Shown one piece after another: positions 1 through 11,911 of a stretch of DNA of 64,000 bases; position 1 is the stretch's first letter, and every line of letters starts with the position of its first letter. The notes under the pieces are model-generated. The model made no database searches. It was not told the origin of the DNA and worked only from the letters and a program-made list of their open reading frames with translations. Source of the DNA: Lepidodermella squamata. Taxonomy: Eukaryota; Animalia; Gastrotricha. The DNA lies in the NCBI GenBank assembly GCA_047495785.1, contig JBLDXI010000099.1, positions 8,531 to 72,530 on the forward strand. Reading direction: 5' to 3'. The position numbers were made by a program, and so were the translations under genes.

Positions 1-849
1 GCATCACGGCCAAGTCCGCGGCGGATGACCCTGCGAGTTCTCTTATCCCAGGTTAGCGATGGACTTGGCTGCAGTCTGATCGCGTATTCAAAAACCTTAA
101 AATTGGAACTGTAGTAATTCTTCATTTTCAATGAAATCCCCGCTCAGAATGAGCGCTTCTTTCCGGATGTGCGCTCTGCTTGCGTCCCTTCGACGTCTCC
201 TACGGGCTTCACCGGCGAAATAGTGCCGCCGCACAATCGGCGCATGCTAGATTTCAAGGAGGCGTCGTCGATCGCGATCGTCGCACAGCCGAAGGATGCG
301 CTCAGTTTGCCTTCGCCGCCGCCATTCCGGTATTCTGACGATTATCATCGCTTCGTTCGGTCGTTGGACGGTTGCGACGGTGAGGTGAACTTGTCACTAG
401 CTGGTGCCGTTGTCGGTTTCGAGCCGGCCGGCATTGTCCACACCCAAAAGGACAAACGTCCAGTCAGGCGCTGCTATTTGACACTCGAAAGCCCTACTAA
501 GCAGCGCCTACACGTCATCATCTGGGGGCAGCAAGAGTTTGAATTGCTCGAAAAAGTAAATGAAGATTTTATTCTAAAGCGCCGCTCAATCTGGTGCTAT
601 GCGTTCCAGCTTTTGTTTAAGGCTGATGGGCTCGTTCGCACTGGGGCTCGCACGCTGCTTTCTTTCCACCCGCAGCGCGTGCCTGCCCTCATCGGCAGCC
701 GCCCGCTAAGCGCCTGTCGAACGAAGCGCCCCCGGACCAACCGTTCATCTGTTAACGACATCAACACACCCGGCGGTCGGTTAGCGCATATCCTCACCAT
801 CGGCGAGGACGCGCAGGACGCTCTCTTCATCAACTGTTGCGTTCATTAG
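1..849 (+). CDS. 3' part of a spliced gene encoding an RPA70-like OB-fold (ssDNA-binding) protein; starts upstream of the window
   Basis: Exon 1-51, GT-AG intron 52-147 and exon 148-849 splice in frame. VNLSLAGAVVGFEPAGIVHTQKDKRPVRRCYLTLESPTKQRLHVIIWG resembles the RPA1 OB-fold pattern (V.l.GvV...........r.l.L.D......vtlWG). Confidence 0.55.
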
Positions 850-2407
850 AACATATTTTTTACTTTTAGTTTTGTTTCTAATTTTTGTACTTAGTTTTTG
901 TCCATGCCTACTACCGTTTAAAGCTAGAGAGCTTGTTTGCTCTCACATCTTATGATGCCGTGATGTCAGCGTTGGCCTGGGCTGCCAAGGCCGCCTATGG
1001 CCCACAGTACCAACAAACCATCAACCAATGGTTCACCCAAAAAGCCGTAGGTGTTCATCTGCTTCCCCTAGAAGGGGAGTTGATCTCGAATGTCGAATGT
1101 CAAAATGTTGGTTATTAATTTGCCTGTGTGGGTTTCATGCTATATACATTTGTTATTTTTACAGATATACGCTGCTGAACTAAGCGGTCTCAATTTGGCC
1201 GTTGAATAATCATCTTTATTCTTTAAGCAATCTTCCTCTACCCAGTCTTTCTCTTTCAGGGACACATTTTCGTCCAATTTGGCGTGGAATTCATGCCGAT
1301 AATTGCAGCTTCCAGTTTTCAGCAGAACAACGGCCAATTTTCAGCAGTTCGCGGCACAATTCATTGGCCGCATAATTACTGTGGTGAGTGGTGGAAGTGT
1401 TTGATTTAGAAGGAACCTTCAGCCTCATTAGCTTTTCCTGTAAACTACCAGCCGGTGAAGATTGTGCTGGAGAAACTGGTTAGACCGCTATACCCCCAAC
1501 TTGCAATAACGTAGTCCGGTTACTACCCTAACTCGAAACATTTTCTTTCTGCTCGCAAGTCCGGTCAAGTGATTCAATTTTGAAAATTCAATTATTTGCT
1601 GTTTGGACTGAATAAGAAGCAGTCAAATCAAACGCAGTGACTACCGAAACTGTTTGAAAGCCCTTCGGTGCGATCTATTCGTTGCTGCGATACCTAGTCG
1701 ATTCCCCTGCGAAAATTGCCTACCGCTGCCGTGAGGTTACTATCAAATGGAATATTCGAATTAAGCTGTTCCTTCATATACCTAATAATATTCATCATAG
1801 CAGAAGTATAGGCGAATGGCATCACAATTCTTATATCATGACAAAATCTGAATTATTGAATCTCGTTGAGTGTGAAAATTTCAATGATTTTAAAGAAGAA
1901 ATTCTTGATAATCTTGATGAGCCATCTTCGCAAAGCGTCAACGCAGTCAAATAAGTATTTTCGTTACTGAAGAAGCCTTAGCTTTATCTGAATGCAATAA
2001 TTATTATTCTATGAAATCTATGAGACGACCAATGTTGATCAAGCGCCTAACATATAACGAAGGCTCGCGCGAGAAGGCTAACGAGCGAGGACGGTGGTGG
2101 TAGTGGCGGTACCCACATACGTCCTCCTTATATATCACTGGTGTACTTACTCCCAAGCTTCATCTCCTGTAGATCCAACTTCAACTGCAAACCGATTCTT
2201 CTTTTTTTTTGAATTTGGACTCAAGTTGTGCAAGTTCAAATTGCAAGTTCCAGCGGAATAAAACGAGCAATTAGTTAACTTTTGGCTATATGTAATTTAC
2301 ATTCAAGATTATTGATGAGTACTCGAGCGGTTGTCAGAGTAATGTTAATAGAAAGATATTAGAAATGATAGCAGCGGCGGCAATAGACGACAATAGACTC
2401 ATCATAC

Positions 2408-4996
2408 CTTGCCATAGGGCACGGCGGGCAGCAGCGTTTTCGACGACAAGTTGTAGTAGGGCGTGTCGAGGGTGAAGACGACCGAGACGGCGAAGTAGGC
2501 GACGGCGCACACCGTCAGCGACAGCACAATCGAGAGGGGGATGTTGCGGCGCGGATTCGCCACCTCCTCGCCGGTTGTCGCGATGCAGTCGAAGCCGACG
2601 AACGAGTAGAAGGCAGCCGACGCAGCCGTCATGACCCCGCCAAAGCCGTACGGCATGAAGCCACCCGTGCCAAACTGTGTTCCATTCGTACCAGTCTCGT
2701 ACTGAACCTGTTGTGCACATCATAATATTCAACAGTTAGGTATTACTAAATTTCTCTCAATTTTCATCAATCATTCTCTCACACTGATCATTGATGATGT
2801 ACTTAATTAAATGTTCGAACCTGTTCGAGGGTGAGCGCCCAGTTGGCGGGTTCAGCGTACACCAACCCAACAACAATGACGTAGCCTGTATATTTTGTAA
2901 TATTTCATTGTCATCATCATTGTTTTCTTCTCGTGTCTGATCTGTGCGTGAACTCACATAAAATGCCGGTGTTGATGATGACGAGCACGTTGTTAACGAA
3001 CGTCGATTCACTGACACCCACCGCCAACAGCACTGTTTCAAAATAATAATGTGATAATAATAATAATAAGATCAGGATCACCGCCGGAAACACAGCAAGT
3101 AGTACACAAAATTCAGACGCGGCTTCTAATTATTACTAATTACCGACTTGGTGATTTTATTATCACTCGTTTTTGTGGGTTTTATTAGGCAGCTTGCTGT
3201 TATAACAAACCAGCTAATCGATGGAAATTGTAAAAACGTACGCTTCTCTCGTTGATCTATCTATCAAACGCCGCGTGCCTTACAAGCAACAGCAGCAGCA
3301 GCAGTAGGAAATAGCCTGCAGCGCAGGAAGCGGGAATTCTGCCTAATTAAACGGAGACTTACACCTCCAATAGGAGAACTATGCACGTGGCTCGTTATAA
3401 TTTATCCCCGAAATCATCTAGCTTGCTATGTTAACTCCTAGTAATAGTTTTGTCAAGTTCAAGTATAGCCGCCTGCCGTCGATCACTAACTAATAAGCGC
3501 ACCAATAAGCCAGCGGTAGATCGGCTATTCCAGTGCTAATTCAATCCGTCATTCATTCATTCATTTATGCATTTGTTTTACTACTACTACGAGACTGTGA
3601 AACACGCGGCGGCACGTGCGCCTACCTAAACGAGATGATGACTCCTCGCGCCAACGCATGCCGTCCGTTCGTCTGTCTGTACACAGTTAGTTACTCGGTG
3701 GTTGGTATGTATGTACCAATTGGTGGTAACTCACCCTACCTACATCATCATCATCATCCCAAGTCAGTAGTATGTAGTTGGCCTTGAGGTATCCTTTGCG
3801 AGTCGGTATTATTATTATTATTACTAACAAGCAATAAGTAGTTATCTTTAGCAGCAGACGGCTATATGCGCTGGTACCAACCAACCAACCAACCAACCAA
3901 CCTAGTAGGTACGTACTATTCAGTATCACAAGCAGCAGCAGCAGCATCTTTCTTTCTTATGAAGGTACCTACTACGAGCAAACGTTCAATGTTCTATGAT
4001 CGTTTCAGCGTACGCAAGGCGCATACACATACACAGCACAGCACAGCTAGGCATGAATCGGCAATGCGCAAGCGAGCGAGCGAGCGGCTGAAACAAAAGA
4101 GAAAAACGCAGCGCAGGAGGTACCTCTACTTATATAATAATATTATACATGCGAAATACTACACGGCCCCGCGTTAAAGCCCGCAGATGCCGAATTAGCC
4201 GGGCAATGTTCGACCACTTATATACTACACCAGTAGCAACAGCATTGCTAGTAAAGGTGTTCTCTCAAATCACATTGCAAATCAAATAATACAAATTATT
4301 ATTCCTAAAACACGGTGGACTTCGGTCGGTGGAAAAACAAACTTACCAGTAAGGAACATTGTGATGCCGAAAGCGAGCGGGTCGAAGTAGGCGCCCAAAA
4401 ACGAAATGTTGATGGGGAAGGCGGATGAGAAGGCCGTTTTCAACGCGTCATTCGCCAGGACGTCCACGTAGGTGACACCGGCGCGGGCGACTGACGCCGT
4501 GCCGATGACGTACTCGAGAATCATGTTCCAGCCGACGACGAAAGCCCAGAATTCACCCACAGCCACATAACTAGAATTTGAAAAAAAAATGAATGAACAG
4601 TTGTAAGGTTGATACGAATCAACGTACGAATAGACGTAGGCTGAGCCGGCACGAGGCACTCGAGCACCCAGTTCGGCGTAGCACAGGCCGGAGAGCACCG
4701 ACGCGATGGCAGCGATCAGAAACGAAATGCACATGGCTGGACCGCCCTGTTTTCAAACCAAAAAGCGTAATACATCTGCACCTCAATAGTACAATGTTGT
4801 TGCAGCTTACAGCTGTTCGCACAGAGTCGGGCGTGACGACGTAGATACCGGCTCCGAGCGTGGCGCCGATGCCGAGGGCTGTCAACTCGATGAGGCCGAG
4901 GCACCGCGACAACTGGCTCGTCTCCATGTTCGTCAGATCGAACCGCTTCTTGCGGAACAGCCACTGCATCCGGAAAGACTTGACGTCGAACGACAT
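2408..4996 (-). CDS. Cationic amino-acid transporter (SLC7A1-4/CAT family), first six exons; C-terminal exons not found in the window
   Basis: Exons 4996-4811, 4746-4628, 4570-4347, 3032-2958, 2885-2821 and 2707-2408 have GT-AG junctions. Motifs: [62 protein letters not shown]. Confidence 0.92.
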
Positions 4997-5203
4997 ATCT
5001 GCGATTCGCCTTTTTTCTCTCTTTACTCTCCTCAAGTGTAATCAAGCGCCGATGCTCACACCTATCGAAAACGAGCACGATATAGATCAATCAATCAGTC
5101 GATTCATTAAATCAGTCGCGCGTATAAAAAAGACGATTGCGTGGCAATAAATAGATTAAGCCGATGAAAGCAAGCAAGTGCATATTTTCTTCGTCATCTT
5201 CGG

Positions 5204-5431
5204 CTAGCGTTGCAAAGCCGATTGAGCCTTCTCGAGTTCTTGCAGCATGTGGTAGAACTGCGACACCGTCATCTCCACCCAAAATGCCCGTTTTGCCGAT
5301 GTCGCTGCTTCGGCGGCGAACTTCACGCGGACATACAGTTCGCGCTGCTGTTTGCGAGCGTGATCGGTGGCGCAAATCACACCGAGACGCCAGTCGACAT
5401 CGAGCAGTTCGCCGTAAAACTCATTCACCAT
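5204..5431 (-). CDS. COMM-domain-only protein (COMMD6/COMMD7-like)
   Basis: LLDVDWRLGV...VEMTVSQFYHMLQELEKAQ matches the COMM domain pattern; 75 aa, single ORF. Confidence 0.8.
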   Translation of the reverse strand: MVNEFYGELLDVDWRLGVICATDHARKQQRELYVRVKFAAEAATSAKRAFWVEMTVSQFYHMLQELEKAQSALQR

Positions 5432-6095
5432 TTCACACTTTACTTATTGCTTTTCTAATAGAAAAAAACAGAATAAAAACATTATCAAAGCTCGAGTTTG
5501 GCAGTAGTGTAAATATCAAGTTTATTAATAAATGCATAATAAATACGATAAATTGCATATTTTTCAACAATTTCGGACATCGTCGCAATGACAGTTCCAA
5601 ATAATAAAAATTCGACGAGGAAGCGCAGTCATTTCATGCTCTCTCTCTCTTTTTCAGTCAGCAGAAGTAGCAAACGAGGCACTTCGCAACTACTCGTACG
5701 TTAAAGCGTCGATATAAATAATAGTATTAGAATAGGTAATATTCAATAGCACAAGATTTGAGATGCAAAAAAATTAGCAGAACTTTGCAAAATACTCGAT
5801 GTGAAATTCAACAATAGAGTCAGTCGTACATACAAGTAATTAGTAGAAAATTAGCAGTATCATCAGACAGAGGTGAAAAATGGGCACAGCAACACAGCAA
5901 CACATTACAAAATGAAGATTCCTTTTCATCAATTCAATTACAGTACATTCAGATTAATCCACATAATAATAATAGGTAATTCCAGAAGTGTAAAGCACCA
6001 ATCAGCAGTTTATAATGATAAATAACACTTAGTTATAGAATGAGATTTTCTTCTGCGCACAATCAAGTCGAGACGCTCCCATCAGCAGCAGCAGC

Positions 6096-7166
6096 TTACG
6101 CTGTCGAAGACAACAGAGGCAGTCGTTCCGGCGGCAGAGGCCTGTTGCTCTGCGTCTGCACGTGAACAGCCGTTGATGCGCCAGTCATCGCCGAACCAGC
6201 CAGCCCGGCGGCAATTGACGTCGCGGTGACAGCCGGCGGGATCACGCCCACAACAACAGGGATCGTCAAAATGTGACGCGACCGTCCGTTCGTCTGGATG
6301 ACCAACACGCGCAGGCTGTACTGCAGCTCTATCACCGTGCAGCCGACGAGTTGCGGAACCGCCGTCCACGGCACTTCGATCGGCAGGTTACGGAACACAT
6401 CGCGACAGCCGGCCTTGATTTCGCCACGAGTCGACGACGACAACACGTTCTGCAGCGTGTTCGTCAGCATAATCGACCCGACGAGCTTGTCATATGCGAC
6501 GAACACCACCTTCTCGCACAACGAGATCTGCAGTCCCTTCACCGTCTCCGACGTGTTGTTCACAAACTCGCCGTCGAGCACGATGTCCTCGCCAGGGTTG
6601 AAAGCTGTGCGTTTCATCCTCAGATTAATCGTCAAATTGTTGACCGAACAACAGTTGTCCGATCCGAGTTTGTTGCGGTACTCGATCGGCTTCAGCGCGA
6701 AGCCGAACTTGTTCAGATCGAGACAGCCGCATACGTAAAACGGCATCTCAAACAGTTTGTTATTCTCTGGCACGTTCTCGTCAATGTCGACGGTTACTTT
6801 CAGCGAGTAACGCACGTAACCGAATGTGCCAGGGTCACTTGTAATCTCAGCCGATTGCGGAATATCCTTCGGTAGAGTAAAACCGAACTGGAACGTGTGC
6901 GTTCCCGATGGCATGTGCAGAGGCTCATTCGGCCCTCCTGTCGCCAGCTTCAGCTCGCTGTTAATATAATTTTCGGTGCGTTTGTAAACGACCTTCGAGT
7001 CGCCGTGCTTCTCCGTCCACTGGATGTAACCAGTCCCGACAGCAGCCAGTAGAATTTTGTTCACACGAGCAATATTAGCTGTGCGTAATACAACAGTTCC
7101 AACGACTTCATCTTCCGGCTTGTAAAATCCAAAGATGCAGTTGTCCAACCGAATGTCACAATCCAT
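6096..7166 (-). CDS. Alpha-arrestin / arrestin-domain-containing protein (ARRDC family), apparently intronless
   Basis: GTHTFQFGFTLPKDIPQS, GYVRYSLKVTVD, AFNPGEDI...NNTS and CTVIELQYSLRV...IPVVVG are arrestin N- and C-domain motifs; likely start MDCDIRL at 7166. Confidence 0.88.
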   Translation of the reverse strand: MDCDIRLDNCIFGFYKPEDEVVGTVVLRTANIARVNKILLAAVGTGYIQWTEKHGDSKVVYKRTENYINSELKLATGGPNEPLHMPSGTHTFQFGFTLPKDIPQSAEITSDPGTFGYVRYSLKVTVDIDENVPENNKLFEMPFYVCGCLDLNKFGFALKPIEYRNKLGSDNCCSVNNLTINLRMKRTAFNPGEDIVLDGEFVNNTSETVKGLQISLCEKVVFVAYDKLVGSIMLTNTLQNVLSSSTRGEIKAGCRDVFRNLPIEVPWTAVPQLVGCTVIELQYSLRVLVIQTNGRSRHILTIPVVVGVIPPAVTATSIAAGLAGSAMTGASTAVHVQTQSNRPLPPERLPLLSSTA

Positions 7167-7236
7167 TACTAGTGTGAATAAATATAAATCTATATCTGAA
7201 TAATTCAAGCACTTTATTCTTTCAAGGTTTATCATT

Positions 7237-7367
7237 GATGGGTGTGATCGAAAGATAAACCGTAGCTAACTATAAGTTTAACTAGTAGTTAGGCTATCTC
7301 TCACATACAAAAGTTCATAGTTAACTTATAGTAGTTAGCTACGGTTTACCTTTCGATCACACCCATC
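7237..7367. mobile_element. ~130 bp palindromic MITE
   Basis: Inverted termini gatgggtgtgatcgaaagataaaccgtagctaacta / tagttagctacggtttacctttcgatcacacccatc. Confidence 0.75.
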
Positions 7368-7559
7368 TTTCTCTTTCCCCTCTTTCCGTCTTTCTGGTCA
7401 GCCCTGCACGCAACTCTCTCGGGTCACGGTATTTAATTTGCAAAATTAAGAATCATATGTAATATTAGATAAAAATAATTTACAAAATTCAGGTGAATAA
7501 TTTATTTTAAAAATTAGCGGCACACACACGTGGCGGAGCAACGGAGCAACTTACAGGTT

Positions 7560-8012
7560 ATGTATCAGTACATGTGACGTCTCTGTCCTTTATGTTTTAG
7601 ACCTGTGTCATATTTCCCTATTTCAAATCGATAATGGGGCTCTTAGAAAATGGAGAAGGTTTGCGCAGGCTGAAAAGTCTGTTACGGGCGTGGCGCCTTG
7701 GCTTCTCTCACACCGGTGAGAGAGGACTAGTAAACTCGCGGCTTTTTCTAGTTTCTCGCTCATCAGTTTGTTATATGGAAATCGTCCCATTAGCCTTAAC
7801 TTATGTCCTCTATCTGTCCTACATGAGTGTTTTTACCTAAATCTCTATGTCTACTAAATTTACTATGTATTACTAAATTCTACGCCAGCTGTGGCCAAAT
7901 CTCCGCAACAGGAGCTAGTTTTTCTACTCTTTCTTCCTTTAAACTAACTGTAGGTGTGAGGTATGAATCTGGTTCTACGAAACCGCAATAAAATTTGATT
8001 TGATTTGATTTG
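7560..8012 (+). mobile_element. 5'-truncated non-LTR retrotransposon 3' end
   Basis: Ends in aataaa followed by an (atttg)n tail; flanked by the 7 bp direct repeat acaggtt (7553-7559 and 8013-8019). Confidence 0.65.
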
Positions 8013-8592
8013 ACAGGTTTCCAGCGTTTGCGAAGTATTCGGTTATTCATGGACCCAAACTAGGATTATGACCTTTACAACCCCCCTTCCACATTTCTTA
8101 AGACCTCTTCCGCTTCCTCCGCCGAGGGTTGTGAATCTCTATGTCTGCTCTAATGTAATCGCAGAGTGTGAATAATCTGCGACCGAATATTTCTCAATCA
8201 ATATCATTTATTCTTGGACATCTGAATTTTAAAACACCTGCCACACAGGTAGTCAATGTAAACATCTTCTGTCATAGATTTCGTTCGTAGCTAATTGTTC
8301 CGCTGCAGTTCTATCGAAAGAGGGAGCTCGCAGTCCTGAAGACATGAAAAATGATGCAGGTTTTCGTGTATTAAATATCTTCTCTAATACTTAGGTTAAT
8401 ACGTTCAGACACACTCAGTAATGAAATATCAATCGCCATTTTTATTTTTATTGTTCAGCTTGTCTATTAATCTATCTACAGAGTTCTTCAATATATCTAT
8501 GGTTTCAATTGTTTGAAAGGTTTATCATTTTACTACGATCGTTACGATTGTACTAATGTGTATATATGCTTGTTATAGCTGCCTTTGATTTC

Positions 8593-10096
8593 ATGATGGA
8601 AGACTCCTCGCAACATTCTCAGAAGCGACCAAGAAAAGATGACACAGCGACTGCAGGAACAAACAAGGAATCGCCTCCCAGGAAAGCATCTCCGAGTCTA
8701 AAAGAAATAAAAGCACTGAAAGTGAAGTTGCGCGTTGAGCTGGAGCCACTGCTCGACAAGGACAGGGCACTGAAGGAAAAACTTGGCGAAAAGCGGAGAG
8801 AAATTACTTCACTGCGTAAAGAGCTGAAGAAAACAACTGACAGTGGTGACAGAAACGACTTGCAGGAACAGATTGATACCGGCGTTGAAATAGTGGAGAA
8901 TTTGAAGCTTTCTGTTGCAATGTCCAAAATTGGTATTACCGAAGTCCAAGATAAGTACAAGCCAGATATTCACGAATTGGAGCTTCAAGGTAGTTTTTTT
9001 TATATGCCCTTAGATTAATTTGCGCTATCTTTTTGTATTTCTCAGTTGAGGATAAAGTCAGAGGTAAGAATCAAAACGTTTGTATTCTATATGTATTCTA
9101 CTTGTTCCAACCCATTTTAGCGGGACTTAAACCTGAAGCCATTCCCAAGTATGATACGATCAGCAAACGACTGAAGACTATTGCTGAAATATTGGAAACA
9201 AAGGATTTGAGCAAGTGCTTTCGTTCTCTCTGTGGCAGTATGAACTTACTCGACCTCTGCTATACAAAATCGTGAGTAATTCCGGATATGCAATGCCAGC
9301 AAAATTTATTTTTATTTCTTAGCAATGAACTCTTCCGCCCTTTTGAATCGCCCGTTCCGGATACCGCTTTTAATGATTTTTGTAAAATTCTCGATGTTCG
9401 TTACAGTACTTTAATTCTAATGATCGCTTATGTAATGTTGTACTACATTGTAGCTCTTTCTGGAGCAAATGCCTATTTCTTCTCGTGATCGTGAAGCCAA
9501 AAGGTCGTTTCTCAGCATGCCGTTTTTCCTCTGTGCTTTGCGTTAGTGTTGGCGTTCTCTTTAACATTGTTCGTAATATTGATTAACAAAATAGAAGGAC
9601 TTGATCCTCAATTTTTGTTGGATCTCGAAGTGGGCATCAATGACAAGTACAGCAAGCTTAATGGTGATGCAGACATCGTTATGTTTTGCGGGAATGTCGA
9701 AATAGTAGTAGTTATTGAGGAAAAGCGAGGGGAGACTTCGAGTCAGGACAAGACAGAATCTGGAATACCTCAAGCCATAGTTGAAATGGATTGTCTTTCA
9801 AAGGTATGACCAGCGTAATTCCTACGATTCCATATTTTATCTGCATGTCTCTGTTTTAGAAACGATTGACCGTTGAGCGACAAGGTTTTCAGTTTGGCAA
9901 CCAATTTTCTTTCGGAATTGTGACCGACTGTACTCAGTGGTATTTCCTGAAGCTTCGTATGGATGGCGTCTATTTTGTTTCAGAATGTTACGATCTACCC
10001 GCTAATGTCGTTGGAGAACGCACGCCAGTTCACCTATCCCTGCTTCGTGGACTTTGCAGTCGAATTCGTGGAATGGTCGAAGAAGCCACTAAATAA
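8593..10096 (+). CDS. Spliced gene: N-terminal coiled coil plus C-terminal PD-(D/E)XK restriction-endonuclease-like domain (Crinkler/CR-REase-like)
   Basis: Exons ~8593-8989, 9046-9063, 9121-9271, 9323-9395, 9454-9541, 9595-9803 and 9860-10096 splice into an open frame. Motifs: EAKR...LEV...NGDADIV...VIEEK...Q...FGIVTDCTQWYFL. Confidence 0.7.
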
Positions 10097-10527
10097 GCTA
10101 ACCGTCTCGTTCCATCTATCGGTTTTTGATAATCTAACCCTAAAACAGCATGTTTTCACTTTGCACAACGAATTCGAATAAAAAGAATGACAAGTATTGA
10201 AGTCTCTTATCATTTTCCAATCATTTTCCATTCACCAAGCAAAGAACGAAGAGATAAGGATAATGCACCAACGCAACGAAATAATAAAATGGAAACATGC
10301 GAATGGAAAGTGAAAGAAATATATAAGAAAATAATATAGGAAAATAAAAAGATAGCTTTCTGCTTCCTCGAATTTTTGTACCATCATATTTTTTTTCATG
10401 AATATATTTTTCGAAATAAAATAATAATAATAATAATAATAATAAATCGAATTCGCTCTCAAAGCGCTCTTAGCTTCAGAGTTGCGCTTGACATTCTCAA
10501 GTTTCTTGTAGGCACTCTGAGAGCTTA

Positions 10528-11098
10528 CCGTATTTTCCGTAATAGCTTCAGGGGCATTGAAATTTCAAAGCTTCGAAAAGGGGGGTTGTAAACGGGACGT
10601 GTGACAATTGCTAGCATGCGAGTTTATTGTTTCAAAGCAAGTTTTCAAGTGTTAAAATTGAGTAAAAATGAGAATAAATCGATAATTTGTGAACCAAAGT
10701 CAAGAACTCTTCATCAAAATTCAAAACTTTATTGTTCGATAGCGAGTTCTCAGCCATTTTGATGCAAATTTTTGAAAATTACAAATTCTTGTTTTTTCAA
10801 ATGATGGATGCTAGGAAATCGAACGCTACTTTAGCGCAATTTTCGTTGCCGAATTCTCTCACGCACCTATGTTTCGCCATTTTTTATCAAACATGTCCAT
10901 CAAACGCTTCAGAAATGAAATTTTGTAAAATTATGCGCAATTAATTTTAAATGCGATTTTCAAAAATTGATTTAAAATTTAGATCGCGGGTTGCTATTGC
11001 GAGTATGAGGCTTTATTTTTTCAAAGGCCTTAAAAAGGGGGCTGTAAACGGGACGGGCGGTAAAAACGGGTATATGAAGCTATTACGGAATATATGAA
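10528..11098. mobile_element. Non-autonomous DNA transposon (MITE)
   Basis: Imperfect TIRs ccgtattttccgtaatagcttca ... tgaagctattacggaatatatg; internal direct repeat aaaagggggg(t/c)tgtaaacgggacg at ~10577 and ~11033. Confidence 0.6.
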
Positions 11099-11911
11099 AA
11101 ATGCTAGGGACAGGTTCCTGTCAGAGCAGTACCTTCGCGCGTGGAATAATACAATCAATTTGGCGATTCCTCTTGTGTCATACTATGCTATGGTGGTTTG
11201 GGGTTCGATTCTGAGTTGAAAAACATCGTGTTAATAAATGTTGCCTTTGCGCTCTTTAAATTTTCGACAATTAGAATAGCATATTAATTCGTAATTCATC
11301 CTTTTGTTTCTGTTGTGGAGTGCAATGTCGTCAACTAGGTCATTTAGACAACCACGTGGTCGCTACTCGCACTCACCACGTGGCAGAAGTAGCCATCGTC
11401 ATCGTCGTCGTCATTTCATGATTTTATTGTTGTCGATATTATTTGTTGTGAATTGATGATTTTAAACAATTAATGTGTACTGATAGGGGATGTTTATTAC
11501 GAATAAAATTTCGGGCTGAAAACCGACTGTCTTTGAATACAACAGTTTCAAATATTTCTCCACTTGAAGACCTCTCTCGGACCCCCTACAGAATAAAAAT
11601 GGAAGCTCGCTCGCTACGCTCGCTTCTCTTTGAAACCGCATGACATGTAGTTCAATAAAATGCATTTTTCTGAAAGTGATCCAGCACTAACGAAGCAGGC
11701 CTGAATGACGGAAAGATAGGAAAGAGAAAGGTGAAGTTGAAATAAAATAAAGAGTTTCTTCTTCGCTTTATTCGTTATTTATTATCTTCATTTGCTTCCT
11801 TAACCTGATATAAAAATAACAAAAATACAGTTGATGTTGTTGCGGACATTGATTCATATTCAGTCAGAAACAATCATGATGGCACAAGTGTATGAGAAAA
11901 CATGAAATCAA

